This document shows positions 35,778 through 46,000 of a stretch of DNA of 64,000 nucleotides, piece by piece; positions within the stretch are counted from its first letter, which is position 1, and the number at the start of each line of letters is the position of its first letter. The notes beneath the pieces are model-generated. The model saw only the letters and a list, made by a program, of their open reading frames with translations, ran no database searches and was not told the origin of the DNA. Made by a program: the position numbers and the translations under genes. This DNA comes from a virus. The stretch is from IMG/VR virus record IMGVR_UViG_3300024265_000033, positions 57,066 to 121,065 of that record; one strand, 5' to 3'.

Positions 35778-38068
35778 TATTCGGCTCCCTCTTCATCCGC
35801 AAGTTCCCCAAAAACCAGTAAAGATAAATAAGTTTGGTCATTATCTACACCATTGGCTTGTATGTTAACTCTGACTGCATGTAAAAAGGAGGTTTTATTA
35901 ATTGTAGTGGTATTGCCGTCCTTAACTTCTACAACACCGTATGAAAAATCACCTCCGCCTCCTGCAGCAAATCCTGTTCGTGAGATAGAGAATGCTGGCG
36001 AACCTTTGAATGGTTTTTCAAAATAGAAAATATGATCTCCGGTTGACACATCAAAAACTGCCGCAATATTAAGACTTGAATGAATAGTATTTGTGGATGC
36101 ATCAAAGACACACCAAGCTTTTGCCCTACTAAGATCAATCCCGCCCGATTCGGTTTTTTTGTTGAGTTGAAGTCCCGGTCCCATTGAAAGAGATCCGCGT
36201 TGTATGTCAGGAAAATGCACAGGAGTGATAATATCCAAGGCATCTAAGTTAAAGTTATTCGCATTATTATTAGTGATAATAATTTCATGGAGTCCTAAAG
36301 ACAATCCATTGATAATCAAGCCGCCCGTTGCTACAACTGCATCACTTTGACTGTCCCATACTCCGGTAGACGCTGTAAAACTAGTTCCGACAGGACCGTA
36401 AAAACTTGACTCAGAACTGGCAGCTTGTGCGACAAAATTAGTATCGTTATAAGCTAAACCATCTATAGTCATTGTTACGTCTGGAGATCTTGAAGAATTC
36501 ATAGTAGATCTAAGTTCAATTCCGGTACCAAAGAAAAGATAGCGAGCGGTGTCACCACTGTCTGTTAATGTTATTCTGATTCCGGCAGCGGCACTGCCGG
36601 GATCGAAACCTCTGCTCATCGCAGATCCCGCATAAATAACTTCTCTAGAAGGGGCTTTTCTGAGAATACCCCCAGATATAGTGTCTTGGCCAGTCGTATT
36701 GTTAGCCGCAAAATCGCTCATTAGATGGTATTCTTGAAGTTGAGCTGAATTCTCAGGAATATTAGGTTTTTTAGGACCGTAAATGATGAAATGGGAGATA
36801 CCGAGTGCTTGAGTGGTAGCAGCGTCTCTGCGCATTTTAACCGTATGGGTTCCATAAGGAAGGCCTGATACTATTTTTGTAACAGTGTCATCTTGTACCG
36901 TATTGCCTGTTATTGTTCCTATGCTTGCGCCATCTACAAATACGGTAGTAGTGTCTATTGTTGCTGGAAAAGACGAGTCTCCTCGTACTATGTCCAAACC
37001 CGTGCCAATAAAATTTAGGATTACAAATCCATTAGCCAAATCTACAAATATAGATTCTTTTCCACTAACTTGTCTTACATCGATTCCCATCAAAGAAGTA
37101 GTGTCGTCATCCAAATTAAAAGCTCTATCAGCATTAGCCGTTGTTATAGTGGCGAAATCATCCCCTCTATTTCTTCCAAAAACTCTAAAACCCGGTCTGC
37201 TAGTCTCTTCCTCATTTGAATGATCTGCCGCCGCTAGATTCAATTGGGTAATGTCAGTTTGCTGGAGAGCTTTTCCAATGGTTCCTTCAGGAGTAATATA
37301 AATGGCTGCCCGTCCACCTTTGCCATTGAGAATAGGTGCGCCGTCAAATCCTGAATCAAACGCTATAGCTTCTAAAGCTGGGTGTACGAATTTACGACCC
37401 CCATCAAACATTTCTCCCTGAGGAATTTGGATTTGTGTGTCTTCGTTTAAGATCTCAAAACCATAAACAGTTATGCCGTCTGCATCATCAATTCTAATTT
37501 TTGCAGAATGGAGGCCTAAAGCCAAACCAGAAGCGACTGATACAATTTGGTTGGTATTAAAATTTCTTCCCTGTATAATACTAGATGCGCCGGAGATGAA
37601 TATATTACTTCCGAAACCGCCCCCGTCAATGGACGCTTTAGCATCCCTATCGCTAGTAGTAAGGAGGGTAACGAGGTTTAATCCTGTTCCAAAAAATACA
37701 ATTTCTACAAAAGCATCTATGCCTGCGTTTGGTCTTGAGCCATTAGTATCTGAAATATTTGCCCAAGTAGAAGCTCCGCCGTCCACAAAGCGAACTCTGG
37801 CGTCTTTATTATCGCCCTCATAAACCTGTTCTCCGTTCGGGCCTCTTTCATCTGTAACGGGAGTAGCAGAATTAAAGCGAATTCTTTCAATTCCTAAAAG
37901 GGGCTTCAGAGAAAGAGCAGGATCGGGCAATTGTCTGGGAGAGTCGTTTTTAGTGACCTCGGTATTCGGCGCATCGATCAACGGGGGATCGATAAAAGTG
38001 AATTCTTGACCTTTTTTGCCAAGAATTTCGCCTATATCTGCTATTTTGGTTTTCGTCTGATTAGCCAT
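35777..38068 (-). CDS. tail fibre/receptor-binding protein, paralog 3
   Basis: Three F.GTG...GL..G.H beta-sandwich repeats; C-terminal AKAWCVFD...SSLNI domain typical of fibre tips. Confidence 0.65.
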   Translation of the reverse strand: MANQTKTKIADIGEILGKKGQEFTFIDPPLIDAPNTEVTKNDSPRQLPDPALSLKPLLGIERIRFNSATPVTDERGPNGEQVYEGDNKDARVRFVDGGASTWANISDTNGSRPNAGIDAFVEIVFFGTGLNLVTLLTTSDRDAKASIDGGGFGSNIFISGASSIIQGRNFNTNQIVSVASGLALGLHSAKIRIDDADGITVYGFEILNEDTQIQIPQGEMFDGGRKFVHPALEAIAFDSGFDGAPILNGKGGRAAIYITPEGTIGKALQQTDITQLNLAAADHSNEEETSRPGFRVFGRNRGDDFATITTANADRAFNLDDDTTSLMGIDVRQVSGKESIFVDLANGFVILNFIGTGLDIVRGDSSFPATIDTTTVFVDGASIGTITGNTVQDDTVTKIVSGLPYGTHTVKMRRDAATTQALGISHFIIYGPKKPNIPENSAQLQEYHLMSDFAANNTTGQDTISGGILRKAPSREVIYAGSAMSRGFDPGSAAAGIRITLTDSGDTARYLFFGTGIELRSTMNSSRSPDVTMTIDGLAYNDTNFVAQAASSESSFYGPVGTSFTASTGVWDSQSDAVVATGGLIINGLSLGLHEIIITNNNANNFNLDALDIITPVHFPDIQRGSLSMGPGLQLNKKTESGGIDLSRAKAWCVFDASTNTIHSSLNIAAVFDVSTGDHIFYFEKPFKGSPAFSISRTGFAAGGGGDFSYGVVEVKDGNTTTINKTSFLHAVRVNIQANGVDNDQTYLSLLVFGELADEEGAE

Positions 38069-38082
38069 ATCTAATTATACCT

Positions 38083-40335
38083 CTAATCCCCTATCCTATT
38101 AACTGTGAGCCTGCCCAAAGACATAGTTGTGGTTACGGAGTTGACTGCTTTCCCGTATAAACTAATCGAATATTCTCCCGGAGCCAAAGTAATGTCTTCG
38201 TGCATGGAAAACGCCCTTTCCTGCCCTCCTGCGGAAGCAGTATCCGTTCTCACAAGAGTACCGAATTCTTTCCCGTTTTTGTAAAAAATGAAGTGTTGAG
38301 TAGCACCATTCGATCCTCCGTTTTGCCCGGAGAAATGAATATGATATCTGCCCTTTTTAGTCACCTTTACAGTAGTACCGATTGCGGTAGGTTGAAACAA
38401 ATTCGAAGTAGTAGTGAAGCCCGCGACTTGCGTTACTTCGTTATACCCAAAATCCACATCGTCTGGGAATCTTCTGAAATCTTCTAGGCCTTGCGATCCT
38501 ATTTGGAGAGTGTCTTGAATTATGACTGAACCGTTTTCTTTCGGAGCGTGTATCGGAGTGTGGATGTGAAATCCAGTTACATTAATGGCTCCCGCTCCTC
38601 CCGCTCTATCTAAAGATATCGTATGTAAACCCAAGCTTAAACCTGTAAATTCTAGTCTAGCGGGTAGACCGGACCCTACGGCAATTGTGTAATTTCCTCC
38701 ACCATTATTGGTCAAGTTTCCCCTATTAACTCCGGAAGCGTTAAGGACTCCGTCTATACGAACGTCCAAACCTGCAGAACCCCCGCCCGCAGTATTGGTT
38801 TGCATCGTAAAACCAGTTCCCCAAAATGTGTATTCCCACGGTTGATTATCGTTAAGAGAGCAAGTGGTAGATCCTCCGCCCCAAAGACTCGTATTTACCC
38901 CACTAACTGTCCAGTTAGCCCCTATATATGTAAATTCTCTATAAGCAGATTTAGATAGAACTCCGGTAGGTTGTTGAAATTGATCGGCAGCGGTTGTGCC
39001 AATAGCAGCGGTCCCATCAAAATCAGCCATCAAATTATATGCATCTAGGGGAACAGCTCCGGCTGGAAGCGTTGGAGCTTTAGGTCCATAAACAATAAAT
39101 TCCATAATACCGGGAGCACCTCCAATATTATCTGCTCTCTGAAACCTTACCGTGTGCGTTCCATACGGAAGACCGGAAACTACCCTTTCTAAAGTAGGGG
39201 TATTATCCGGAGTGTTTGCAGGAGTGCCTATAGAATTTCCATCGACAGACACGGTCAAGGTATTGGAATTCACTCCATCATCTTTTCTAATCCAATCTAA
39301 CCCAGTTCCTATAAATGTTAGAATGATGGATGTAGGAGTTCCTATATTAGACAAAGATAAAGCTTGAGTGGCAGTTCTTACTTGAGCACCGTCCCCTATT
39401 AAAGTCGTAGTTCCGTCATCTAAAATAAAAAACCTATCCGAAGCAACACTGCCAAGAGTAGAGAAGTCGTCCGATCTTCCGGCTCCGAACTTGCGATAAT
39501 GATGTCTTCCAATCTCTTCCTCATTTACATGTGTAGCAGCTCCGAGATTCAGTTGATTATCTTCAGCCCAATTTACGGCTTTTTTGATTGTTCCGTCTTC
39601 TTCGTAAAGTAAAACAGCTCCGCCTACACCGGCATCAGATCCGGTTTCCACATCAAAGGAAGCGTCGAAAAGGGATGCGTGTTGGGAAATGGATTTTCCG
39701 TTAGAAAAAGATCCGGGATTGATTTTGAGTGTATTTGATTCGTTAAGGATTTCAAAGCCGTAAACAAATAATGCCCCAGAACCTAAACTTCTAATTTTAA
39801 CAGTGTGTTTTCCAAGTGCCAAGCCAGATGCTATGGACAAAGGTTGATTTGTTGCGTAGCTTCTTCCGTGAAGGACTGACGACATTGATATGGGAACAAT
39901 GCTGGCACTTTCCGAACCGCCGTCAATAGTTACTCTAATATCTCTATTAGTGCCCACCAACCAAAGAAGATTTAACCCAGTTCCGTAAAAACTGATTTCG
40001 ACGAACCCGTTTGTGGATGAGTTGGGAACTCTGATATAAGATCCGTGGGAGAAACCTTCTTGGAACCAAGGACCTGCAAATCTTACTTGATTAAATTTGT
40101 CATTAACAGCCCCAAACACCTCTTCGCCGTTAGGACCCTGTTCGCTTTGGATTTCGAAGATTTCTTGAGTCTGAATACGATTAATACCTGCGTGAGCTGA
40201 AAGATCGTCAGCGAGATCTTGAATCTGACGGGGAGTTCCATCCAACTGAGTAATCTGAGTATTGGGCACATTTATGAGGTCGAGCTTTACAGCTACGGTA
40301 TCTAAAGCATCTATGCGGGGTGTTAAATTACTCAT
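38083..40335 (-). CDS. tail fibre/receptor-binding protein, paralog 2
   Basis: Same three-repeat module; different C-terminal beta domain. Confidence 0.65.
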   Translation of the reverse strand: MSNLTPRIDALDTVAVKLDLINVPNTQITQLDGTPRQIQDLADDLSAHAGINRIQTQEIFEIQSEQGPNGEEVFGAVNDKFNQVRFAGPWFQEGFSHGSYIRVPNSSTNGFVEISFYGTGLNLLWLVGTNRDIRVTIDGGSESASIVPISMSSVLHGRSYATNQPLSIASGLALGKHTVKIRSLGSGALFVYGFEILNESNTLKINPGSFSNGKSISQHASLFDASFDVETGSDAGVGGAVLLYEEDGTIKKAVNWAEDNQLNLGAATHVNEEEIGRHHYRKFGAGRSDDFSTLGSVASDRFFILDDGTTTLIGDGAQVRTATQALSLSNIGTPTSIILTFIGTGLDWIRKDDGVNSNTLTVSVDGNSIGTPANTPDNTPTLERVVSGLPYGTHTVRFQRADNIGGAPGIMEFIVYGPKAPTLPAGAVPLDAYNLMADFDGTAAIGTTAADQFQQPTGVLSKSAYREFTYIGANWTVSGVNTSLWGGGSTTCSLNDNQPWEYTFWGTGFTMQTNTAGGGSAGLDVRIDGVLNASGVNRGNLTNNGGGNYTIAVGSGLPARLEFTGLSLGLHTISLDRAGGAGAINVTGFHIHTPIHAPKENGSVIIQDTLQIGSQGLEDFRRFPDDVDFGYNEVTQVAGFTTTSNLFQPTAIGTTVKVTKKGRYHIHFSGQNGGSNGATQHFIFYKNGKEFGTLVRTDTASAGGQERAFSMHEDITLAPGEYSISLYGKAVNSVTTTMSLGRLTVNRIGD

Positions 40336-40826
40336 TACCTTTTCCTCACTACAGAAAGATAGTGCGGTTCAGCTCCAGACTCACCCGCAGAATCCAGATT
40401 TGTAAGGGATCTTATTACGTCCCCCGCTTGTAATTCTACAGTTCTAGTTGCGCTAGAAAATTCACTAGTGCTGGTATCACCTATTATAAGTAAAGTTGGT
40501 GAATCCGGCCACGTTGCGGATGTGGTCTGTATAATTGTATTTCTTTCAATTGATGCTCTAGCTATTGGACTATATCTCCAATTCATAGATACTTCATACA
40601 TTCCAGTATTTAATATTGTTATGGAATCTCCTAAAGTTACCGATTGTTGTATAGAAAGGTCATCGCCTTTAACCGTAGCGTTAGTATATCGTCTCACCTT
40701 TTGATTTATAGATCCAGCCGGAAGCGCAAAAGTCAAGACAGCATAACTTAAAGATTCTTGATCTTGAAGCCTCTCATCAATAGCGTCTATTTCTGCATTT
40801 GGTTTTCTTCTTACACCTTGATCCAT
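40335..40826 (-). CDS. short tail-associated protein, C1q/TNF-like tip
   Basis: ITILNTGMYEVS...VELQAGDVI pattern. Confidence 0.55.
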   Translation of the reverse strand: MDQGVRRKPNAEIDAIDERLQDQESLSYAVLTFALPAGSINQKVRRYTNATVKGDDLSIQQSVTLGDSITILNTGMYEVSMNWRYSPIARASIERNTIIQTTSATWPDSPTLLIIGDTSTSEFSSATRTVELQAGDVIRSLTNLDSAGESGAEPHYLSVVRKR

Positions 40827-42166
40827 TATCTGCTCCTCACAATAGTAAAGTTACTAAATGCCGAAGGAGTATTGTCTCCCGTCAAAGGAGTTACAACCTG
40901 TCCTGCACTTAAATATAAACTTACAGTAGAAGTCATGAAATTTGCATGTCCCCCTACCGGAGCCATTCTCTGATTTCCGAATATTTTAGTTGTAGAGACA
41001 CTGCCCGGAGCTGAATCTTTTTCTCCAGCCGTCAAATCAATACCTATTCCAGAAGATCCTTGATTTCCCACGGAAAATTGACACATGAAGGTTATATCGT
41101 AATACCCTGTTTTCAAGATACTTATATCGAGGCCGTCGGCAGCGGTATTTGTCAATATAGACATAGAAGCTCCGCCCGAGTTTACAGTCGTATTGGTAAA
41201 TTGAGGAACTCTAGTGTTATTTGAACTAAGGCCCGTAATGGTATCCAATCGGATTTCTTCTCTGATAGGAGTGTCTTCTAATACATCCAACCTAGCTTCT
41301 GCCGAATCTATATCTTCTTCGTTTTGGAATACCCGGTCGCCGAAAGCTTTGAGATCCACATCATTGGGAGTGGCTTGGAAATCAGTTTCTGGCACGCCAG
41401 CGAGCTGCGCAAGACTTGGAACCATTAAATCGATTTGGCCTGCTAGAGCTTCAATCAATTGGAGTTGCGAGCCGTTGGGTGCTTCCACGATTGCACCATT
41501 GGCCACAACTGAAATGTTCCTGTCCTTAGATAAATCTGCGTTGTTGAATCTGATGAGAACTGAGAGTCCGGCTCCTGCAGGTACTTCTCGGTAGTCCCCG
41601 GTAACGCCTGCTCCTATAGGATTGTTTCCTGTATTTCGGAACATCAATTGCCCATCTGCATAGACTAATACAGCCCCGTGCTGGACACTTGAGAATTTCC
41701 CTACAGGGAAAGCCTGTCCGACGTTGAAATCTGTGGCTCCTAAAGCGAGAGTCCCTGTTACCGAAAGTGCTACTTGGTCGGCGAAAGTTACGCCTGTTTT
41801 GGCATTCGAGTCAATATGACCGGAAAAGAGTTCTCCCTCAAGCGCGGGTACAATCAAACGTATTCTAGAAGATCCTATGACCACATAATCGATGGAGTCG
41901 GCCATCAACCCTCGGGCTGAAGACTGAAGCTGTAGGTTGGTTTTGAATTGCTGTAAGTTTACGGAAGTGAGTTCGCTGAGAGAAGGCTGTACGAATCCGT
42001 TGGCAATAGCTTCTGCGGGAGTAGAAAGGGCTGTGAGATCGATGAATTCATCATCGACAGTGGGCGCATGTTTCCACTCGACTTTCTTGAAGCCTAAAGC
42101 AGGTACGTTGGATTCTTTAACGTCCTTTTTCTTTAGTGATAATGCGCCTTTTCCTGTTAAACTCAT
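40826..42166 (-). CDS. tail-associated protein, C1q/TNF-like tip
   Basis: Short coiled coil, then ISILKTGYYDIT...LYLSAGQVV. Confidence 0.55.
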   Translation of the reverse strand: MSLTGKGALSLKKKDVKESNVPALGFKKVEWKHAPTVDDEFIDLTALSTPAEAIANGFVQPSLSELTSVNLQQFKTNLQLQSSARGLMADSIDYVVIGSSRIRLIVPALEGELFSGHIDSNAKTGVTFADQVALSVTGTLALGATDFNVGQAFPVGKFSSVQHGAVLVYADGQLMFRNTGNNPIGAGVTGDYREVPAGAGLSVLIRFNNADLSKDRNISVVANGAIVEAPNGSQLQLIEALAGQIDLMVPSLAQLAGVPETDFQATPNDVDLKAFGDRVFQNEEDIDSAEARLDVLEDTPIREEIRLDTITGLSSNNTRVPQFTNTTVNSGGASMSILTNTAADGLDISILKTGYYDITFMCQFSVGNQGSSGIGIDLTAGEKDSAPGSVSTTKIFGNQRMAPVGGHANFMTSTVSLYLSAGQVVTPLTGDNTPSAFSNFTIVRSR

Positions 42167-42169
42167 ATC

Positions 42170-42994
42170 TTATAAATCCTTAATTGGTGTGTTCGACCAA
42201 CCTTGTATAGGTATTCTAAAATTTCCGCGTAAATGTAATCTTGCGACTCCCATATTAAATTGGCTAGAGCCTTGCAGATCCATAGTAGCATTCGAACCTG
42301 CACCCGCGTCTGTTACAGAAGATCCTACCATCATACTGAATTCTGAAACTGTTTTAGGTTTAATCCAACCAATCCCATCGGTTTGTCCTGCTCCCGTATT
42401 AACATTGATAGGACCAAAGTAGGTATCTGGGACATTGGTAGTAAGTGCCCCATCTATTAATAAATCTGCAGAAAATTGTAAATTCGTAGGTAAATTATAA
42501 GAATAAAAACCACTTCCTGCATTTCCCGTCCCGGTTTGTATATAAACCATTGTAAATAGAGCTTCTCCGCCAATCCTCTGATAGTCTAAACGGTCTACGT
42601 CGGTAGGTCCTTTAGTAGGAGGGGTTGTAACGGCATCTACAACTAAGGCACCGCCAGAAATAAGGTCCGTAGTAGGAGTCCCCTCAATGTTCACAAAGCT
42701 TCCAAAAGCTCCAGCGTTATTGGTATAAAGAGATCCTACGAGCTTCCAAGCATTGAACCCTAAAGGTCCTGCGCTATTTTCAGCCACATCAATGCGGAGT
42801 TCTACGGCTCCTGAGACGATTACTGCGAATACTTGAGCGCGAGAATTTAGACCAATTCCGGGCAAAGGTCTTGAAATTGTTGCAGAAGTCTCAAATTGTT
42901 GACCTCCGATAGTCAAGATAGAAGGGCCTAGCGTGATGTTTCCACCGCTGTGCTGTAAGGCTCCTAATCTGTCTTGTCTAAATATCTTTCCCAT
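42170..42994 (-). CDS. tail-associated structural protein
   Basis: G/T-rich; YQRIG...YSYNLP fibre-tip-like motif. Confidence 0.55.
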   Translation of the reverse strand: MGKIFRQDRLGALQHSGGNITLGPSILTIGGQQFETSATISRPLPGIGLNSRAQVFAVIVSGAVELRIDVAENSAGPLGFNAWKLVGSLYTNNAGAFGSFVNIEGTPTTDLISGGALVVDAVTTPPTKGPTDVDRLDYQRIGGEALFTMVYIQTGTGNAGSGFYSYNLPTNLQFSADLLIDGALTTNVPDTYFGPINVNTGAGQTDGIGWIKPKTVSEFSMMVGSSVTDAGAGSNATMDLQGSSQFNMGVARLHLRGNFRIPIQGWSNTPIKDL

Positions 42995-43007
42995 AATTAA
43001 TTATACC

Positions 43008-46000
43008 TTATTCCGATAATTCCCTAACTGTTAATACTCGTCTAGTTTCCTGCATTTGTGCTGTACCTGCCGCAGTCCTCCACTGTAACTGTACCGTATG
43101 TGTGCCCGGACTAACTGGAATGGTTAGACTCATAGAAACCATTTCATGAAAACCAAGATCGCCTATGCTTTGAAGCATTTCCGCACCCTTAGCTTCCCCA
43201 TCAACAAATATTTGGAAAAATGCGCCAGAGGTAGATCCCGTATTAGTCATTGCTCCGTGAAAATCAACTTTAATAGGATTTCCTTCAGTTTTAACAATCG
43301 CAGACATGTCTCTTACGGGCAGGAATGCTGATGACGTGGTTTGGGGATCACTTGTAATTCCTACAGCTTGTGCCCAATTTTGGGATTTTTTGACATCTTT
43401 TTTACTAAATTTCCTAAGGTCTGAGATACCTTGCGAGCCTACTTCGGGGGTAGCTTGAACAGTTGCAGGACTGTTTTGTTTAGGAACGTGGATTGGAGTA
43501 ATAACATTCATTGACATAAAACGTATTCTATCTGCAGCTCCTCCAGTTTGAGTAATTTCTATTGTATGTACTCCTAAGGAAAGCCCTAAAAAATCTAGTC
43601 TACGAACTTGTTGAGATCCGGTAGTTGCCGAATAAGCCCCTCCGCCACTATTTGTAGTACCGACCCTATCTATACCAGTAGCATCTAATACTCCATCGAT
43701 TCTAACATCGAAATCCACCGGTCCTCCGCCAGTTCCTGCTTGAACTATTTGAACTCCCGTGCCAAGGAATGTCAACGCTACGGTGCTACCATTCGTAACA
43801 TTTCCTGCCTGAAAAAATCCGGGAAAATCTGTATCACTACTGGCAATGTCCCAAGCACCCGATCCTGCATATATAAATTCTCTTGAATTGTATTTTGTCA
43901 AAGCACCTTGGGGCATTTCTATAGGTCCTATTAAATTATCATTTGTTAGAGCCGTTGAAGGATCGTAATCAGCCATTATATTATAAGAACCCAACGCTTT
44001 AGCCCCTGTAGGAAGATCGGGAGTTTCGGGACCGTAGATACTGAAACTAGAAAAGTGTTGATTACCGCCTACCACAGCCGTTGCGTCTTTAAGGAATTTT
44101 ACAGTGTGCGATCCATAAGGAAGACCGGATACTATTTTTTGAGTGAATTTTCTATTTCCTACAAGACTAACCCCTATCTTTCCTACATTAACTCCATCAA
44201 CAAAAACATCTTTAGGTTCTGTACCTGTACCATTGTCCTCAAGAAATACGTCCAAACCGGTTCCTATGAAGGTGATAGTTAGGAAATTGCCGACTGCAGA
44301 AACCCTAGGGCCATTACGACCCGCTACGTCATTTCTTATTTGATTTCCAACTAAAGCCGTAGTACCATCGTCAAGAGTAAAGCCTAAATTAGTAGGACCG
44401 CCAGTAAAAAACGAGAAATCATCAGTTCTGCCTGCTCCAAAATCTCCCCAATAATGTCTTCTTTCTTTTTCATTAGAGTGATTAGCAGCTCCTAGAAATA
44501 GAGCTACAGCATCGGTTGGATTAACTGATTTTTTTACACTGCCGTCTGATTTTTGGTAAATCAAAGCGGCTCCGCCCCTGTCTGTTATAGCCCCGGTTTC
44601 GAAATCCGAATTATAAGCAGCCGTTTCTAAAGTAGAGTGTGTAAGCTTTTTCCCTTTGAAAAGTTGCGAGCCCGGAGGTAATTGGATAAGTCCCGAAGCT
44701 TCTTCATTCAAAAATTCAAATCCATACCAAGCAAAAGGAAAAGCTGTAGTAGGAGATACTTTTATTGTATGCAGTCCCAAGGTTAAACCCGAAGAGAGGT
44801 TTACTATTTGATTGATAGAATAACCTCTGCCAGTCAACATATTTGAAGTTCCTGTGGTAGCTACAGTTGAAACAGGTCCCCCATCTACGGAGACATCCCA
44901 ACTTCTATCAACGTCAAATAAAGTCAGGACATTCAAACCGGTTCCGTAAAAAGTAAGTTCTATAAAACCAGCACTATCTAATTCCGCCGAAGACTGTCCT
45001 GAGGTTCCGTTAAAACTTCCATGCCTGCCTACAAACCTAATTTGACCAAATTTATCATTCAATGCTCCAAAGACTTGTTCTCCGTTAGGTCCTGTTTCGC
45101 CTTGAATTTTGACAACTTCTTGTGTCATTATACGGTCAACGCCTAATCTAGGCTTGAGATCCTGAGTCAAGTCTGCGATCAAAGCTCTATTTGTAATTTG
45201 AGTAAAAGGAGCGGGAATCTTAGGGAGAATCATAGAATCCGAAATGGATTCAAGCTCGTCTCCAATATCGATCAAGTTGCTCTGAATTGTGGCAATAGCA
45301 TTAGCATTTTGATCTGAATCATCGAAGCTTGCGGCTTCATTTTGTCTGAAGATTAATACGATATCTTCTCCGGGTTGGTCGAAAAAGTCCGGATCAAAAG
45401 TAATAGTAGATCCGTCTATTCTAAAAACACCTTCGGTAGCCACATACGTTTGGCCTCTGAAAGGGTCGTAAGCTACTAAGAGATCTGGATCTGGCAAGAA
45501 ATCCAAAATGAACTCAGTGCGGTTCTCAGCACCTGTGAAGAAAAATTTATTTACTTGCTTTACTCCGCTTGCGGTAAGTCCCGGAAGGAATCCGTAAAGA
45601 AGTCCGTAACCTTCTATAGAAACATCATTCGTTCCACTTGTAACTCTGACTCGTAGATCGTGCTCTCGGCCTTTGCCTGAGAAAGTCAAAGAGGTACTTG
45701 GGGCATCAGCCCAAATAGTTCCGTTGAATTGAGAAGAAGCTCCTCCTGTAGGAGCAGAAGTATCGGCGCGTACTCGAACTTCATCGACTGCGGCAGAAAA
45801 GCTTGCTTTATAGGCTGCATTAGTTTCCATAACTAACCAGTATTGAACCCCGGAAACCAACACTACATCAGAGAGATTGACCAAAGTGGCTGTATCGCCA
45901 GTAGCCAAAGCTTCCAAATCTAGGGGACCGGATTCACTTAAAATATCGTTAGGATCAGTAGAGGGTTGAGCTGTATCATCAGCAACAATTTTCAAGGTCA

